DNA of 54,504 nt, taken from Acidobacteriaceae bacterium (GTDB taxonomy: Bacteria > Acidobacteriota > Terriglobia > Terriglobales > Acidobacteriaceae). Below the pieces are notes generated by a model. That model did not search any database. It saw only the letters and a list, made by a program, of their open reading frames with translations, and was not told the origin of the DNA. Every line of letters begins with the position of its first letter. Position 1 is the first letter of the stretch. Of the stretch, positions 1 through 9,536 are shown piece by piece. The stretch is taken from the NCBI GenBank assembly GCA_030038315.1, contig JASHPD010000033.1, positions 1-54,504 on the forward strand. The letters run 5' to 3'. The position numbers and the translations under genes were made by a program.

Positions 1-290
1 TGCACGGGTACGCAATCATGCGCCAGGTTGAGGAGCAGACCGGCGGCCGTCTTCGGCTTGGGCCGGGAACCTTGTATGGCTCGATCCAGGCGCTTCTTGA
101 GGGAAACCTGATCGAGGAAATCGACCATCCCGAAGAAGCCGGAACACGCGCCCAACTGCAACAGAACAAGCGCCGCTATTACCGCCTCACCATAGCCGGC
201 CGCAAGCGAGCACGCGCGGAAGCTGAAAAGATGGCCGATCTCCTGCGTGTTGCGCGAGCCAGAAAGATATTGAGGGGGGATTATGTTTGA
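1..290 (+). CDS. PadR-family transcriptional regulator (5' end probably outside the window)
   Basis: Open frame reads HGYAIMRQVEEQTGG..LGPGTLYGSI..RRYYRLTIAGR, the PadR winged-helix signature. Confidence 0.9.
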   Translation, partial: HGYAIMRQVEEQTGGRLRLGPGTLYGSIQALLEGNLIEEIDHPEEAGTRAQLQQNKRRYYRLTIAGRKRARAEAEKMADLLRVARARKILRGDYV

Positions 291-1188
291 AAAGATATAC
301 ACCCGCCTGCTTCTTCTCTATCCTTCGCGTTTTCGCAAGCAGTATAAGGACGAATCCTTGCAACTGATTCGGGATCGTTTGCGCGACGAGACAGGCCTCT
401 TCAACCACGCCCGTCTCTGGCTGGACCTCGTGACGGACCTTTTAACCGGTCTGCCGCAGGCTTACAGAAATTCCTATGCGGCGGAAAAAGCAACGGCGCT
501 ATCGCCCAATATCGAAGGTGTTCCATCCTTCAAAGTTTTGGACGCAGAGCCGTTACGGCGTGGAGCTATTCTCTTTGGCGGAAGCGCGTCGCTGTGCGCG
601 ATTGCAGCCTTTGGATTCGTGATGAATCATCCGCCTGCTTACGCGCCGCTCTCGGGTTCTAATCGGCGGTTGTCTCCCATTGAAGCTGTAATAGCGCGTG
701 TGAATAAAGTCACAAGCCCTGACTCGAATATAGGCGCCGCGAATGAGCCTGCGAATCCCGCTTCCGCGGAGGCAAGCGTGCAACCGCAACCGACGACGCA
801 AGCTATGGCTTCGAGCACTGCCGAGTTCAAAACACCGGAATCCTTACCAGAAATCAACAACGGGATTGCCGAACAGCAGCAAGCGATTTCCATTCGAGTA
901 CAGTCTCCCAATGCGCATTTCTCATATCCAAAGGCAGTGGCAGCGACGACTGCAAGTTTGCCGGAAAGCCCAAAGCCGCTGGAGCCCGTCACGCGTGCGA
1001 AGGTATTTGCGCAGGAACCTGACAAGGGATGTGTCGCGCGTCAGTTGCAACTCAAAGGCTCTGATGGGGCACAGTTAAAGCCGAATCCTTCCAAAACAAC
1101 CGCGCTAGAAGATTGTCTCCCGCACCACAATTCGGTTACTTCACACGCACGGCATCGAACTCGGCAAAGTTCAGGCAGTAAGAAGTAG
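283..1188 (+). CDS. Hypothetical membrane protein coupled to padR
   Basis: Overlaps the padR stop; N-terminal LLLLYPSRFRKQY motif typical of PadR partners; one hydrophobic segment, then a P/A/S/T-rich tail. Confidence 0.65.
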   Translation: MFEKIYTRLLLLYPSRFRKQYKDESLQLIRDRLRDETGLFNHARLWLDLVTDLLTGLPQAYRNSYAAEKATALSPNIEGVPSFKVLDAEPLRRGAILFGGSASLCAIAAFGFVMNHPPAYAPLSGSNRRLSPIEAVIARVNKVTSPDSNIGAANEPANPASAEASVQPQPTTQAMASSTAEFKTPESLPEINNGIAEQQQAISIRVQSPNAHFSYPKAVAATTASLPESPKPLEPVTRAKVFAQEPDKGCVARQLQLKGSDGAQLKPNPSKTTALEDCLPHHNSVTSHARHRTRQSSGSKK

Positions 1189-1208
1189 GAGCTGTAGGCC
1201 GCATACGC

Positions 1209-4157
1209 TTAATCCTTCTTTGTCTTCACCAGCGCTTCGGCAAAGTGGCGCGCCTCACGGCCGCCGAGCTGCGCGATCTGCTCGCGACAACTAAAGCCGT
1301 CGGCTACGACGATGGTTTCCTGCGCGGCCGATTCGACGGCTTGCAGCAGACCGAGATTAGCGATGGTTTTGGAGACCTCGTACTTATCCGCTTCAAACCC
1401 AAAAGGACCGGCCATGCCGCAGCAGGTTGTCTCGATCGGTTCGACGGTTGCACCGGCTTTGCGCAGAAGCGCGATTTCATTGCCAAATCCCCTTCCATCT
1501 CCGCCAAAGACAGCCTTGTGATGGCAGTGGCCGTGAATCAAAACACGCTTGCCTTCGAGCCGTCCCGCGACAGATTCCGGAGCTTTGGCCGCAATCCAGT
1601 CAGCCAGCAGCCAGACCTGCTCGCGAAGTTTTTTTGCGTGCGCATCGTTGGGGAACAGCTCCGGCAGCTCGTCCTTAAAGACGCTGGCGCAACTTGGCTC
1701 AAGGAAAACGAACGGCAGACCTGCATCGATCTGCGGAGCCATGAGATCGAGCACGTTGGCCAGATAGCTCTTTGCCGCGTCGAGCAGGCCGAAATCATAA
1801 AGCGGACGGCCGCAACAGATGTGGCCCTGCGGCGTTTGCACTTCAAAGCCGGCATCGCTGAGCAACGACTCGGCAGAGGTGAGCGCCTGCGGATGGTAGT
1901 AGTTGTTCCACGTGTCCGGCCACAGCAGAACCTCCGGTGCGGCGGATTGCTCGCTCCACGCGCCATTCGTGCGTAAGCGGGTATATGGCCTCTCAGCGAG
2001 CTTTGGCAGTTCGCGCTGCGGTGCAATGCCCACGACGCGCTTGATGAGCGCGCCTGTAAGCGGGCCGGTGAGGACGGCATTCGTCAGCGCCGGCGCAATC
2101 GATCCCCACTTCGCCAGCTTGTCCGCAAAACCGAAGACGTAATGATGCAGCGGTCGCACGCGGCCCTTGTAGCGCTGCGCAAGGAATTCGGATTTGTACG
2201 CGGCCATGTCCACCTGTGCCGGGCACTCGGTCTTGCAGGCCTTGCAGCTCAGGCAGAGATCGAGCGCCTCCTCGACGGACTCGCTGCCGAAGCCTTCCGT
2301 ACGCAGGTCGCCGGCCAGCATCTCCCACAGCAGGCGTGCGCGGCCGCGCGTCGAGTGCTGCTCATCGCCGGTGGCGCGGAAGCTGGGGCACATTACGCCG
2401 CCGGAGGTTTTGCGGCAAGCGCCAACGCCCACGCAACGCTCGGTGGCGCGAGCAAGAGAGCCGCCATCTTTCGCAAAAGCAAAGTGCGGCTCAAATTCCG
2501 TATGCGCCTGCGCCGGAGTGTGGCGGAGGTTTTCTATCGGATCGTAGACGCGCACCGCATCGATGAGCTTGCCGGGGTTCATGCGATTGTCGGGGTCCCA
2601 GAGCGTTTTGAATTCGCGGAAGGCTTCCATCAGCTCGGGGCCGAACATCTTGGGCAAGAGAGCCGCGCGCGCCTGTCCGTCGCCGTGCTCGCCGCTCAGG
2701 CTGCCGCCGAAGCTCAGCACCAGGTCGGCGGCGCGGTCCAGAAACTCACGAAAGTTTTTGATTCCCGTTGGGGTAGAGAAATCGAAATTGATGCGCAAAT
2801 GCACGCAGCCCTGGCCAAAGTGGCCGTAAAGCGCGCTGCGGTAGCCGTACTCGGCCATGAGCGCGGTGAGCTTGCGCAGATACGCGCCGAGATGCGCGGG
2901 CGGAATGCCGGCGTCTTCCCAACCCTCCCATCCGTCGGGCTCGCCGGGGACAAAAACCGTTGCGCCCAGCGCGGACTCGCGCACCGACCAGACGCGCGCG
3001 GCTTCCTGCGTGCTGTAAATGCGAGCGGAAGGAACAACCGGCCAGGCCTGCGCCGCGCGTACCAGCGCCTCAGCCTTTGCCTGTGCTTCTTCGGCAGACC
3101 AGGCGCCCATTTCGACAAGCAGAAAGCCGCCGCCCGCAGGCAGCAACGAGACATTTTCGACGGCGAGATTCTTGCGGCGCATGAAGCTGAGCAGCAGGTC
3201 GTCCATGCCTTCGAGGCCGATAGGCGAGTATTCGAGCGCGCGCGGCACGGCATTGGCGGCGAGAAACGCATCTGGAAAGCCAAACGCTGTGAGAACGCGA
3301 TACGGCGGGCTCGAAACAAGGTTCAGCTTGGCGGAGACGACGCTCGCGCAGGTGCCTTCACTGCCCACCAATGCGCGAGCCACGTGAAAGCCGTTTTCCG
3401 GAAGCAGCTCATCGAGGTTGTAACCCGAAACGCGGCGGGGGATTCTGGGAAACTTCTCGCGAATAAGATTTGCGTAACGGTCGCGGATGCGCGCCAAACC
3501 CGCGTAAATCGCGCCTTCGCGGCCTCCGGCGCGAATCTTCGCCGCAAGCTCTTCTTCGCTGGTTTTGCCCACCATCATGCGCGTGCCGTCGTAAAGCGCT
3601 AGATCGAGCGATTCGACATTGTCCGCAACCTTGCCGCCGAGCAGGCCGTGCACGCCGCAACTGTTGTTGCCGATCATGCCGCCGAGCGTGCAGCGCGAGT
3701 GCGTGGCCGGGTCCGGCGCGTAGGTCAGGTGATGCAGCTCGGCAGCTTCGCGCAAACGGTCAAGCACGATACCCGGCTCGACGACGGCGAGCTTCGCTGC
3801 AGGGTCGATTGCGCCGAGGCGGTTCATGTACTTCGAGTAATCGAAGACCACGGCGACATTCGCGCATTGGCCGGCGAGGCTTGTTCCCGCGCCGCGCGGA
3901 AGCACCGCTGCGCCGACAGCGCGGCACGCGGCGAGCGCGGCTTCAACGTCAGCCGCATCGCGCGGCAGGATCACGCCCACGGGAAGCTGGCGATAATTCG
4001 AAGCGTCCGCCGCGTAAAGCGCCCGCGAGCCCATGTCGAAATGCACTTTACCGCGAATTGCGGCGCGCAGTCGCGCTTCCAGCTCGCGGTGCGCGTCAAA
4101 GCGTTCATGCTCAAGCTGCGGCTGCTGGCCGAGGATGGCAAATGTCGAGGAGGTCAC
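1209..4157 (-). CDS. FAD-binding and [4Fe-4S]-binding oxidoreductase (GlcD/GlcF fusion, YdiJ-like)
   Basis: PRGAGTSLAGQ FAD motif, SGEHGDG, CVGVGAC and CLSCKACKTECP ferredoxin motifs, CCG domains. Confidence 0.92.
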   Translation of the reverse strand: MTSSTFAILGQQPQLEHERFDAHRELEARLRAAIRGKVHFDMGSRALYAADASNYRQLPVGVILPRDAADVEAALAACRAVGAAVLPRGAGTSLAGQCANVAVVFDYSKYMNRLGAIDPAAKLAVVEPGIVLDRLREAAELHHLTYAPDPATHSRCTLGGMIGNNSCGVHGLLGGKVADNVESLDLALYDGTRMMVGKTSEEELAAKIRAGGREGAIYAGLARIRDRYANLIREKFPRIPRRVSGYNLDELLPENGFHVARALVGSEGTCASVVSAKLNLVSSPPYRVLTAFGFPDAFLAANAVPRALEYSPIGLEGMDDLLLSFMRRKNLAVENVSLLPAGGGFLLVEMGAWSAEEAQAKAEALVRAAQAWPVVPSARIYSTQEAARVWSVRESALGATVFVPGEPDGWEGWEDAGIPPAHLGAYLRKLTALMAEYGYRSALYGHFGQGCVHLRINFDFSTPTGIKNFREFLDRAADLVLSFGGSLSGEHGDGQARAALLPKMFGPELMEAFREFKTLWDPDNRMNPGKLIDAVRVYDPIENLRHTPAQAHTEFEPHFAFAKDGGSLARATERCVGVGACRKTSGGVMCPSFRATGDEQHSTRGRARLLWEMLAGDLRTEGFGSESVEEALDLCLSCKACKTECPAQVDMAAYKSEFLAQRYKGRVRPLHHYVFGFADKLAKWGSIAPALTNAVLTGPLTGALIKRVVGIAPQRELPKLAERPYTRLRTNGAWSEQSAAPEVLLWPDTWNNYYHPQALTSAESLLSDAGFEVQTPQGHICCGRPLYDFGLLDAAKSYLANVLDLMAPQIDAGLPFVFLEPSCASVFKDELPELFPNDAHAKKLREQVWLLADWIAAKAPESVAGRLEGKRVLIHGHCHHKAVFGGDGRGFGNEIALLRKAGATVEPIETTCCGMAGPFGFEADKYEVSKTIANLGLLQAVESAAQETIVVADGFSCREQIAQLGGREARHFAEALVKTKKD

Positions 4158-4247
4158 GCTAAGAATCGTAGCCGATACGGGGCTTCCGTACCCGGCCGGC
4201 TTAACACAATTCGGGGTAAAATTAGGGAAAGTTTATCCGGGAGCGTC

Positions 4248-4448
4248 ATGAACTCGAACATCCATTCTCTGAGCGAAAAGATTCAGGCACTCAGCGTCGA
4301 GCAGATTGCCGAAGTCGAGGATTTCGTCGAGTTTCTCCGAGTTCGCAGCCGAGAGCGGGAGTTAACCCGATCCTATGCTGCGATCAGCGCGCCTGCGTTT
4401 GAGGCTGCCTGGAACAACCCGGAGGATGACGCCTACGATGCCTTATAG
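4248..4448 (+). CDS. Putative antitoxin (66 aa)
   Basis: ATG at 4248; IAEVEDFVEFL..AWNNPEDDAYD; overlaps the start of the downstream PemK toxin. Confidence 0.75.
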   Translation: MNSNIHSLSEKIQALSVEQIAEVEDFVEFLRVRSRERELTRSYAAISAPAFEAAWNNPEDDAYDAL

Positions 4449-4773
4449 CTTCGGTGATGTCGTCCTTGTGCGCTTTCCGTTTACCAATCAGATTGCTTTC
4501 AAGCAGCGTCCGGCTGTCGTTGTCAGCAGCAGTCCTTACAATACCTCCAAGCCGGATGTTGTCATTATGGCCATCACAAGCCAGGTGCGTATACCATCGG
4601 GCTTTGCAGAGATGCTGATTGCAGATTGGCAGACGGCAAACCTGCTTAAACCATCCGCGGTTAAGGCTGTTTTCGCCACGCTTGAACAAAGCCTGATTCT
4701 CAAGAAGCTCGGCGTGCTGGCGCCTGCAGACCAAGCTGCGCTTCATCGGCTCATCGCAACGGCTTTGGGATAG
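4438..4773 (+). CDS. PemK/MazF-family toxin
   Basis: GDVVLVRFPF..KQRPAVVVS..MAITSQ motifs; ATG at 4438 after GGAGG. Confidence 0.9.
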   Translation: MPYSFGDVVLVRFPFTNQIAFKQRPAVVVSSSPYNTSKPDVVIMAITSQVRIPSGFAEMLIADWQTANLLKPSAVKAVFATLEQSLILKKLGVLAPADQAALHRLIATALG

Positions 4774-4817
4774 AAACCAATCTCATACTGAAAGCGAAAG
4801 TACCGCGCAGGCCAGTC

Positions 4818-5474
4818 CTAGCGCGCAGGCCACTCCTCGACGACGATGCCGAGATCGTTCAGTTTCTGGATGGCGGCTTCGACGTTGCGGCGGATGACGG
4901 GGCGCTGTTTGCGCGTGGCGTCGGGAGATTCGGCAATGGCCACGACGCGGCCGTAACGCCAGGCGCCGTCGGGCAGTGCGATGAGCGCTTTGGACAGGTC
5001 GGCGAGGCGAATCTGCAGCTCCTGCCTACGCGCGGCTTCGGGACGCAGCATGGTTCCTTCGGTGAGCGTGCTGGTGTTTGCGTCTTCGAGGATGATGCGC
5101 AGGTCGATATGGTCGGTGCCGACGGTGAGAAACGGATTCTTCCACTGCGAGGGCTGATGAATGTTGATGTAGAGGCTCTTGTCCGGCAGCGGAATGTGAT
5201 CGAGAGCGGCGCGCTGGCTTGCGCTTTCCGTCGCGGCGGCCTGGGCCTTCTGCTCAGCCTGGACGGCGGCCTGCTCGGCCTGTTTGGCCGCGCCGGCGAC
5301 CGCCTGCTCCTGCTTGCGGCAGGCCACGGGCGCAACCACAATGGCGGCAACGAAAAAGAGCGCGATAACCGCGGTAATCGTGATTTTCCTGGTCTTATTT
5401 TTGCTGCTCCCGTTCACGGTCCAAGGATAGCAGGGCATCGGCGCGTGCGAAGCTGCGCGAATCAACAAGATCAA
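4818..5474 (-). CDS. Hypothetical membrane-anchored or lipoprotein (start uncertain)
   Basis: Basic then hydrophobic N-region ending VAC; host-like codon usage. Confidence 0.65.
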   Translation of the reverse strand: MILLIRAASHAPMPCYPWTVNGSSKNKTRKITITAVIALFFVAAIVVAPVACRKQEQAVAGAAKQAEQAAVQAEQKAQAAATESASQRAALDHIPLPDKSLYINIHQPSQWKNPFLTVGTDHIDLRIILEDANTSTLTEGTMLRPEAARRQELQIRLADLSKALIALPDGAWRYGRVVAIAESPDATRKQRPVIRRNVEAAIQKLNDLGIVVEEWPAR

Positions 5475-5562
5475 TGCGGGTTTTCAATCCCGGAATCCTG
5501 GTCACGTTTATGTCGATTTGGTACAAGGGCCGGCAATCTCTCATCTGGAGATCTGAGAACCT

Positions 5563-5667
5563 CAGGGGCTAAAGCCCGCAGACTTTTGTGGCTTTGATTG
5601 CCGGGGATAAATCCCCGGCCTACCAGTCGTGCCCTGACACAAAGCAAATTCAAACTGACCCAATACC
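5563..5667. repeat. REP/MITE-like palindromic element related to the one at 44481-44592
   Basis: Palindromes GGGCTAAAGCCC (5566-5577) and GCCGGGGATAAATCCCCGGC (5600-5619); 5625-5667 matches 44550-44592 at 39/43. Confidence 0.8.
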
Positions 5668-5767
5668 AAGGCGCGGTTTGCCCCATGCGAGGTGGTATGC
5701 TGAGGGGTTTACTTTTGCGGCTTCGTGAGGTCGAAGCGCGCATAGACACCGATACGGAGGCGCGCCG

Positions 5768-6157
5768 ATGCCGGAGCACAGGGGGCGGAAACATCATCAG
5801 GACCGGGTGGCGGAGACCTTGCGCGAGGAGATCGGCGCAATGATCGGCGGCGAGCTCTCCGACCCGCGCATCGCCTCCTGCCACGTGAGCGAGGTGGCGC
5901 TGAATTCGGGCGGCAAGTCGGCGCGCGTCTATGTCGAGCTGGATTCGGCGACGCCGGAGATCGACAAGGCGGAAAAGGAGACCGTCGCGGGGCTTGAAGC
6001 TGCGAAGGGCTACATCCGCTATGAGCTCAAGGAGCGGATGGGCGTGCGGCACGTGCCGGATCTGGCCTTCTTTGCCGATCGCTCGGAGCGCTTCCAGGCG
6101 CGCATCGAAGAGCTGATGAGCCGCTCGCGAAAGCGGCAGAAGGCGCACGAGGAATAG
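5768..6157 (+). CDS. rbfA: 30S ribosome-binding factor A
   Basis: RVAETLREEI..LSDPRI..SARVYV..AKGYIR..RHVPDLAF; GGAGG RBS. Confidence 0.93.
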   Translation: MPEHRGRKHHQDRVAETLREEIGAMIGGELSDPRIASCHVSEVALNSGGKSARVYVELDSATPEIDKAEKETVAGLEAAKGYIRYELKERMGVRHVPDLAFFADRSERFQARIEELMSRSRKRQKAHEE

Positions 6158-6162
6158 CTGCC

Positions 6163-7212
6163 ATGAGCTTCCCCGCTCCGAAATCCTTTGGCCCAAAAGG
6201 TGAGGCAGAACCGCAAAACTGCTTTGCCCGGTGGCCTGTCGGCTCCGCTCCGGCCGAGCCGATGGCCGCGATTCTCGACCTGCTGCGGCAGGGCGAGCGC
6301 TTCTTGGTCTGCTCGCACACGCGGCCGGACGGCGACGCCGTGGGCTCGATGCTGGCAATGGGGATGCTACTCGAACAGATGGGCAAGCAGGCCGATCTGG
6401 TCGCAGCCGACCGGGTTCCCGCGGTGTACCGCTCGCTGCCCGGCGCGGAAAAGATTCGCTGGGTGCTGCGCGTGCGGGGAATTTATGACGCGGTGATCCT
6501 GCTCGAATGCGACAGCGTGGAGCGCTCCAGGGTGCGCGGGCTCGAACCGTATTTCCACATCAACATCGACCACCATGCGACGGGCCGCAACTTCGGCCAC
6601 CTGAACTGGATCGACCGCGATGCGGCGAGCGTGGGCGAAATGGTGCACCGGCTGGTGAAAGCCGCCGGGGCCACGGTGACGCCGGAGATGGCCCGCTGCC
6701 TGTATACGACCGTGCTGACCGATACGGGCGGCTTCTGCTACGGCGGCATCCGCGCTTCCACATTTGAGTTTGCGCGGGAGCTGGCCGTAGCCGGCGCGGA
6801 CCCCGTGGCGATTGCGCGCGACATTTATTTCGCTACGCCGGAGTCGAAGCTCCGCCTGCTGGGCGCGGCGCTGAGCACGCTCCAGCACGAGGGCAAGCTG
6901 GCCTGGCTTTGGGTTACCCACGCGGACATGCTGCACGCCAGGGCCGTGGAAGAGGACTGCGAAGGCATTGTGAACTACGCCATCAGCATTGCCGGCGTGG
7001 AGGCCGCGGCCTTTCTGCGCGAGCTGCCCGAGGGACGCATCCGGCTGAGCCTGCGCAGCAAAGGCAAGATCGACGTGGCGGCGCTTGCCGCCGGCCTGGG
7101 CGGCGGCGGCCACGAGAATGCCGCCGGGGTGACGCTGGACGGGCCGCTGGAGCGCGCCACGGCAGAGATCCTGGCCGCGCTCAAGGCCGGCGTGGATGGA
7201 ACACGGGATTAA
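6163..7212 (+). CDS. nrnA: DHH/DHHA1 phosphoesterase (NrnA-like nanoRNase)
   Basis: HTRPDGDAVGS, IDHH, TDTGGF, SLRSK and GGGGH motifs; follows rbfA. Confidence 0.88.
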   Translation: MSFPAPKSFGPKGEAEPQNCFARWPVGSAPAEPMAAILDLLRQGERFLVCSHTRPDGDAVGSMLAMGMLLEQMGKQADLVAADRVPAVYRSLPGAEKIRWVLRVRGIYDAVILLECDSVERSRVRGLEPYFHINIDHHATGRNFGHLNWIDRDAASVGEMVHRLVKAAGATVTPEMARCLYTTVLTDTGGFCYGGIRASTFEFARELAVAGADPVAIARDIYFATPESKLRLLGAALSTLQHEGKLAWLWVTHADMLHARAVEEDCEGIVNYAISIAGVEAAAFLRELPEGRIRLSLRSKGKIDVAALAAGLGGGGHENAAGVTLDGPLERATAEILAALKAGVDGTRD

Positions 7213-7393
7213 ACAGGACGGGCGAGAGTTCCGGGGCGATCCGGATTTTTGCACAGTTTCCGGTGCAGTTCCGGCAAAACGGAAATTTTATTTTGACGGG
7301 AGTTTTTGCTTTAAATATATGATTCCAAATGGATAAATAGAAAATTTTGTAAATTTTCAATTTTTTTCGAGCCTCCACCTGTCCGGAAACTTG

Positions 7394-7427
7394 AAGGCCC
7401 GATTCCGGATTGGAGTCGGGCCTTTTT
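7394..7427 (+). terminator. Intrinsic terminator
   Basis: AAGGCCCGATTCC/GGAGTCGGGCCTT stem followed by a T-run. Confidence 0.7.
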
Positions 7428-7563
7428 CTGATTCCTTAATTTCAGTTATGACGGGTTTCGAGAAATAATCTGCAAATTCGGAGGAAAAATTTGCAGGATA
7501 TCGTTATTCCACTGTCTCTCGAAATCTCTCCAAGCTACAAAGCTCACTGAAAAATCAGATACT

Positions 7564-7676
7564 TAAGGCATTTTCCGGAACACTGTGAGCTTCCGGCCAG
7601 GGGGAAGGCGGATTTTCTTTCGGAACACCCACTCGGCTGTTGCGGCTCCGGTCTACGCCAATCCGGAAAGTGCTTA
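7564..7676. mobile_element. MITE-like element, family A, copy 1
   Basis: Ends TAAGGCATTTTCCGGA / TCCGGAAAGTGCTTA; colinear with 9423-9536. Confidence 0.8.
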
Positions 7677-7862
7677 GACCATGGTTGCGCCTCCTGGCGT
7701 CTTCCGCCATATCCCTGAAGCGCAAGATGTTTGTTGGTATAGTGGCTGGTATCGTAGCTCCAGCTCGCCCACAGGAGCATTTCCGATACCATGCAATATC
7801 TACTCGCGAAGACGAAGAGTCATTGTTAACCTGCAACCATTTTGGGGAATCGAGAGGAAGAT

Positions 7863-9380
7863 ATGAAAATCGCATCTGCTGCTCTTGCGCAAGTTATGCT
7901 GGCGCTCGCCGCCGTTCTGCTTCCTTCTACCGCCTCTGCTCAGCAGATTTCCACCGGCCAGGCAGCCTATGCCGACTGGAATCAGCAATATCCCGGTGCG
8001 CGGCGCAGAATCACCGTGGCGGATATGCCCGCGCCCAACCCGGCAGAGGCCGTCGATAACACGCCGCATCTGATTCCGCGGCCGAAGGACGCCTGGCCCA
8101 TTGCGCTGCCGGGCTTCAAAGTCACGCTCTATGCGGGCGGCGATACCGCCCCGATGCAGCGCGCAGACAACAAGCAGTACATGCAGCGCAGCGGCGGAAC
8201 CTTCACCATGCCGCGCCTGCTTCGCGCCGCTCCGAATGGCGATATCTTTGTCGCCGACTCCGGCGCGGGCTCGATCCTGATTCTGCGCGGTGTGGACGCG
8301 CACGGCCACGCGGCGCAGATTGCGACCTTCATCACAGGACTCGACCATCCCTTTGGCATTGCGTTTTATCCTGCCCGCGATCCGAAGTACGTTTACGTTG
8401 GCAATGCCACAACCATTCAGCGCATTCCCTACCATGCCGGCGACCTGCACGCGGCGGGCGCGCCGGAGACCGTCGTGCCGGACATTCCCGGCTACGCGCA
8501 GTTGAAAGGCGGCGGCCACTGGACGCGCGATGTCGTCTTCAGCAAAGACGGCAGGCGCATGTTCGTCTCCGTCGGCTCGGGCTCGAACATCGACGATCCC
8601 GATACGCACCCGCGGGAGTTTCATCGCGCCAATGTGCTCGAATACACGCCGGACGGCAAGTTCATCAAGGTTTACGCCTCGGGCATCCGTAACTGCGTCG
8701 GCGAAGCCGTCAATCCCATTACCGGATCGCTGTGGTGCTCCACCAACGAGCGCGACAACCTCGGCAATCACCTGGTTCCGGATTATGTAACCTCCATCCA
8801 GGATGGCGGATTCTACGGCTGGCCGTGGTACTACATCGGCGACCATCGGGACCCGCGGCTGCCGCTGCCCTGCGCCAACGGCACCGGCCCGAATCCGCAG
8901 GCTCCGGCATTGACGGCCGAGCAGGCCGCGAACTGCAAACGGGAGGATATCGGCTCCAGGGTCATTGTGCCCGACGTGCTGGTGCAACCGCACATGGCTT
9001 CGCTGGAGATGCTTTTTTATCCCACCACGGCCGAATTCGCGTACAACCCCGCATGTGCGAAAATTCCGCCTGCCTCCCCGTGTCCTCCTGGCGTCGTGCC
9101 CAGCCACGCTTTCCCGCAGGAGTATCGCGGCGACGCCTTTGCCGCCGAGCACGGCTCATGGAACCGCGCGCGCCGCGCCGGCTACGAGGTGATCCGCATC
9201 CCCATGCGCGACGGCCGTTCCGCCGACGGAAGCTATGAAGACTTCCTCACCGGCTTTGTGACCAAAGATGGGCGGGTGTGGGGCCGTCCCGTAGGCGTGG
9301 CCGTGGGCGCGGATGGCGCGCTCTATGTCAGCGACGATGGCTCGCGCAGCATCTGGCGCGTGGCTTACATCGGCAAGTAG
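7863..9380 (+). CDS. PQQ-dependent sugar/sorbosone dehydrogenase family protein (exported beta-propeller)
   Basis: Signal peptide; GLDHPFGIAF, HWTRDVVF, SGIRNCVG, NERDNLG, GFYGWP, EHGSWNR, GRPVGV. Confidence 0.9.
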   Translation: MKIASAALAQVMLALAAVLLPSTASAQQISTGQAAYADWNQQYPGARRRITVADMPAPNPAEAVDNTPHLIPRPKDAWPIALPGFKVTLYAGGDTAPMQRADNKQYMQRSGGTFTMPRLLRAAPNGDIFVADSGAGSILILRGVDAHGHAAQIATFITGLDHPFGIAFYPARDPKYVYVGNATTIQRIPYHAGDLHAAGAPETVVPDIPGYAQLKGGGHWTRDVVFSKDGRRMFVSVGSGSNIDDPDTHPREFHRANVLEYTPDGKFIKVYASGIRNCVGEAVNPITGSLWCSTNERDNLGNHLVPDYVTSIQDGGFYGWPWYYIGDHRDPRLPLPCANGTGPNPQAPALTAEQAANCKREDIGSRVIVPDVLVQPHMASLEMLFYPTTAEFAYNPACAKIPPASPCPPGVVPSHAFPQEYRGDAFAAEHGSWNRARRAGYEVIRIPMRDGRSADGSYEDFLTGFVTKDGRVWGRPVGVAVGADGALYVSDDGSRSIWRVAYIGK

Positions 9381-9422
9381 CGCAAAGAAGGATTGTTCTG
9401 AGCTGCCTCCGGTCGGCATGAC

Positions 9423-9536
9423 TAAGGCATTTTCCGGAATGCTGTGAGCTTTCGGCGAGTGTGAAGGTAGATTTTCTTTAGGAAAATCCACTCGGCTGTT
9501 ACGGCTTCGGTCTACACCGATCCGGAAAATGCCTTA
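9423..9536. mobile_element. MITE-like element, family A, copy 2
   Basis: Perfect 16-bp terminal inverted repeat (TIR) TAAGGCATTTTCCGGA (9423-9438 / 9521-9536); internal hairpin. Confidence 0.85.
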
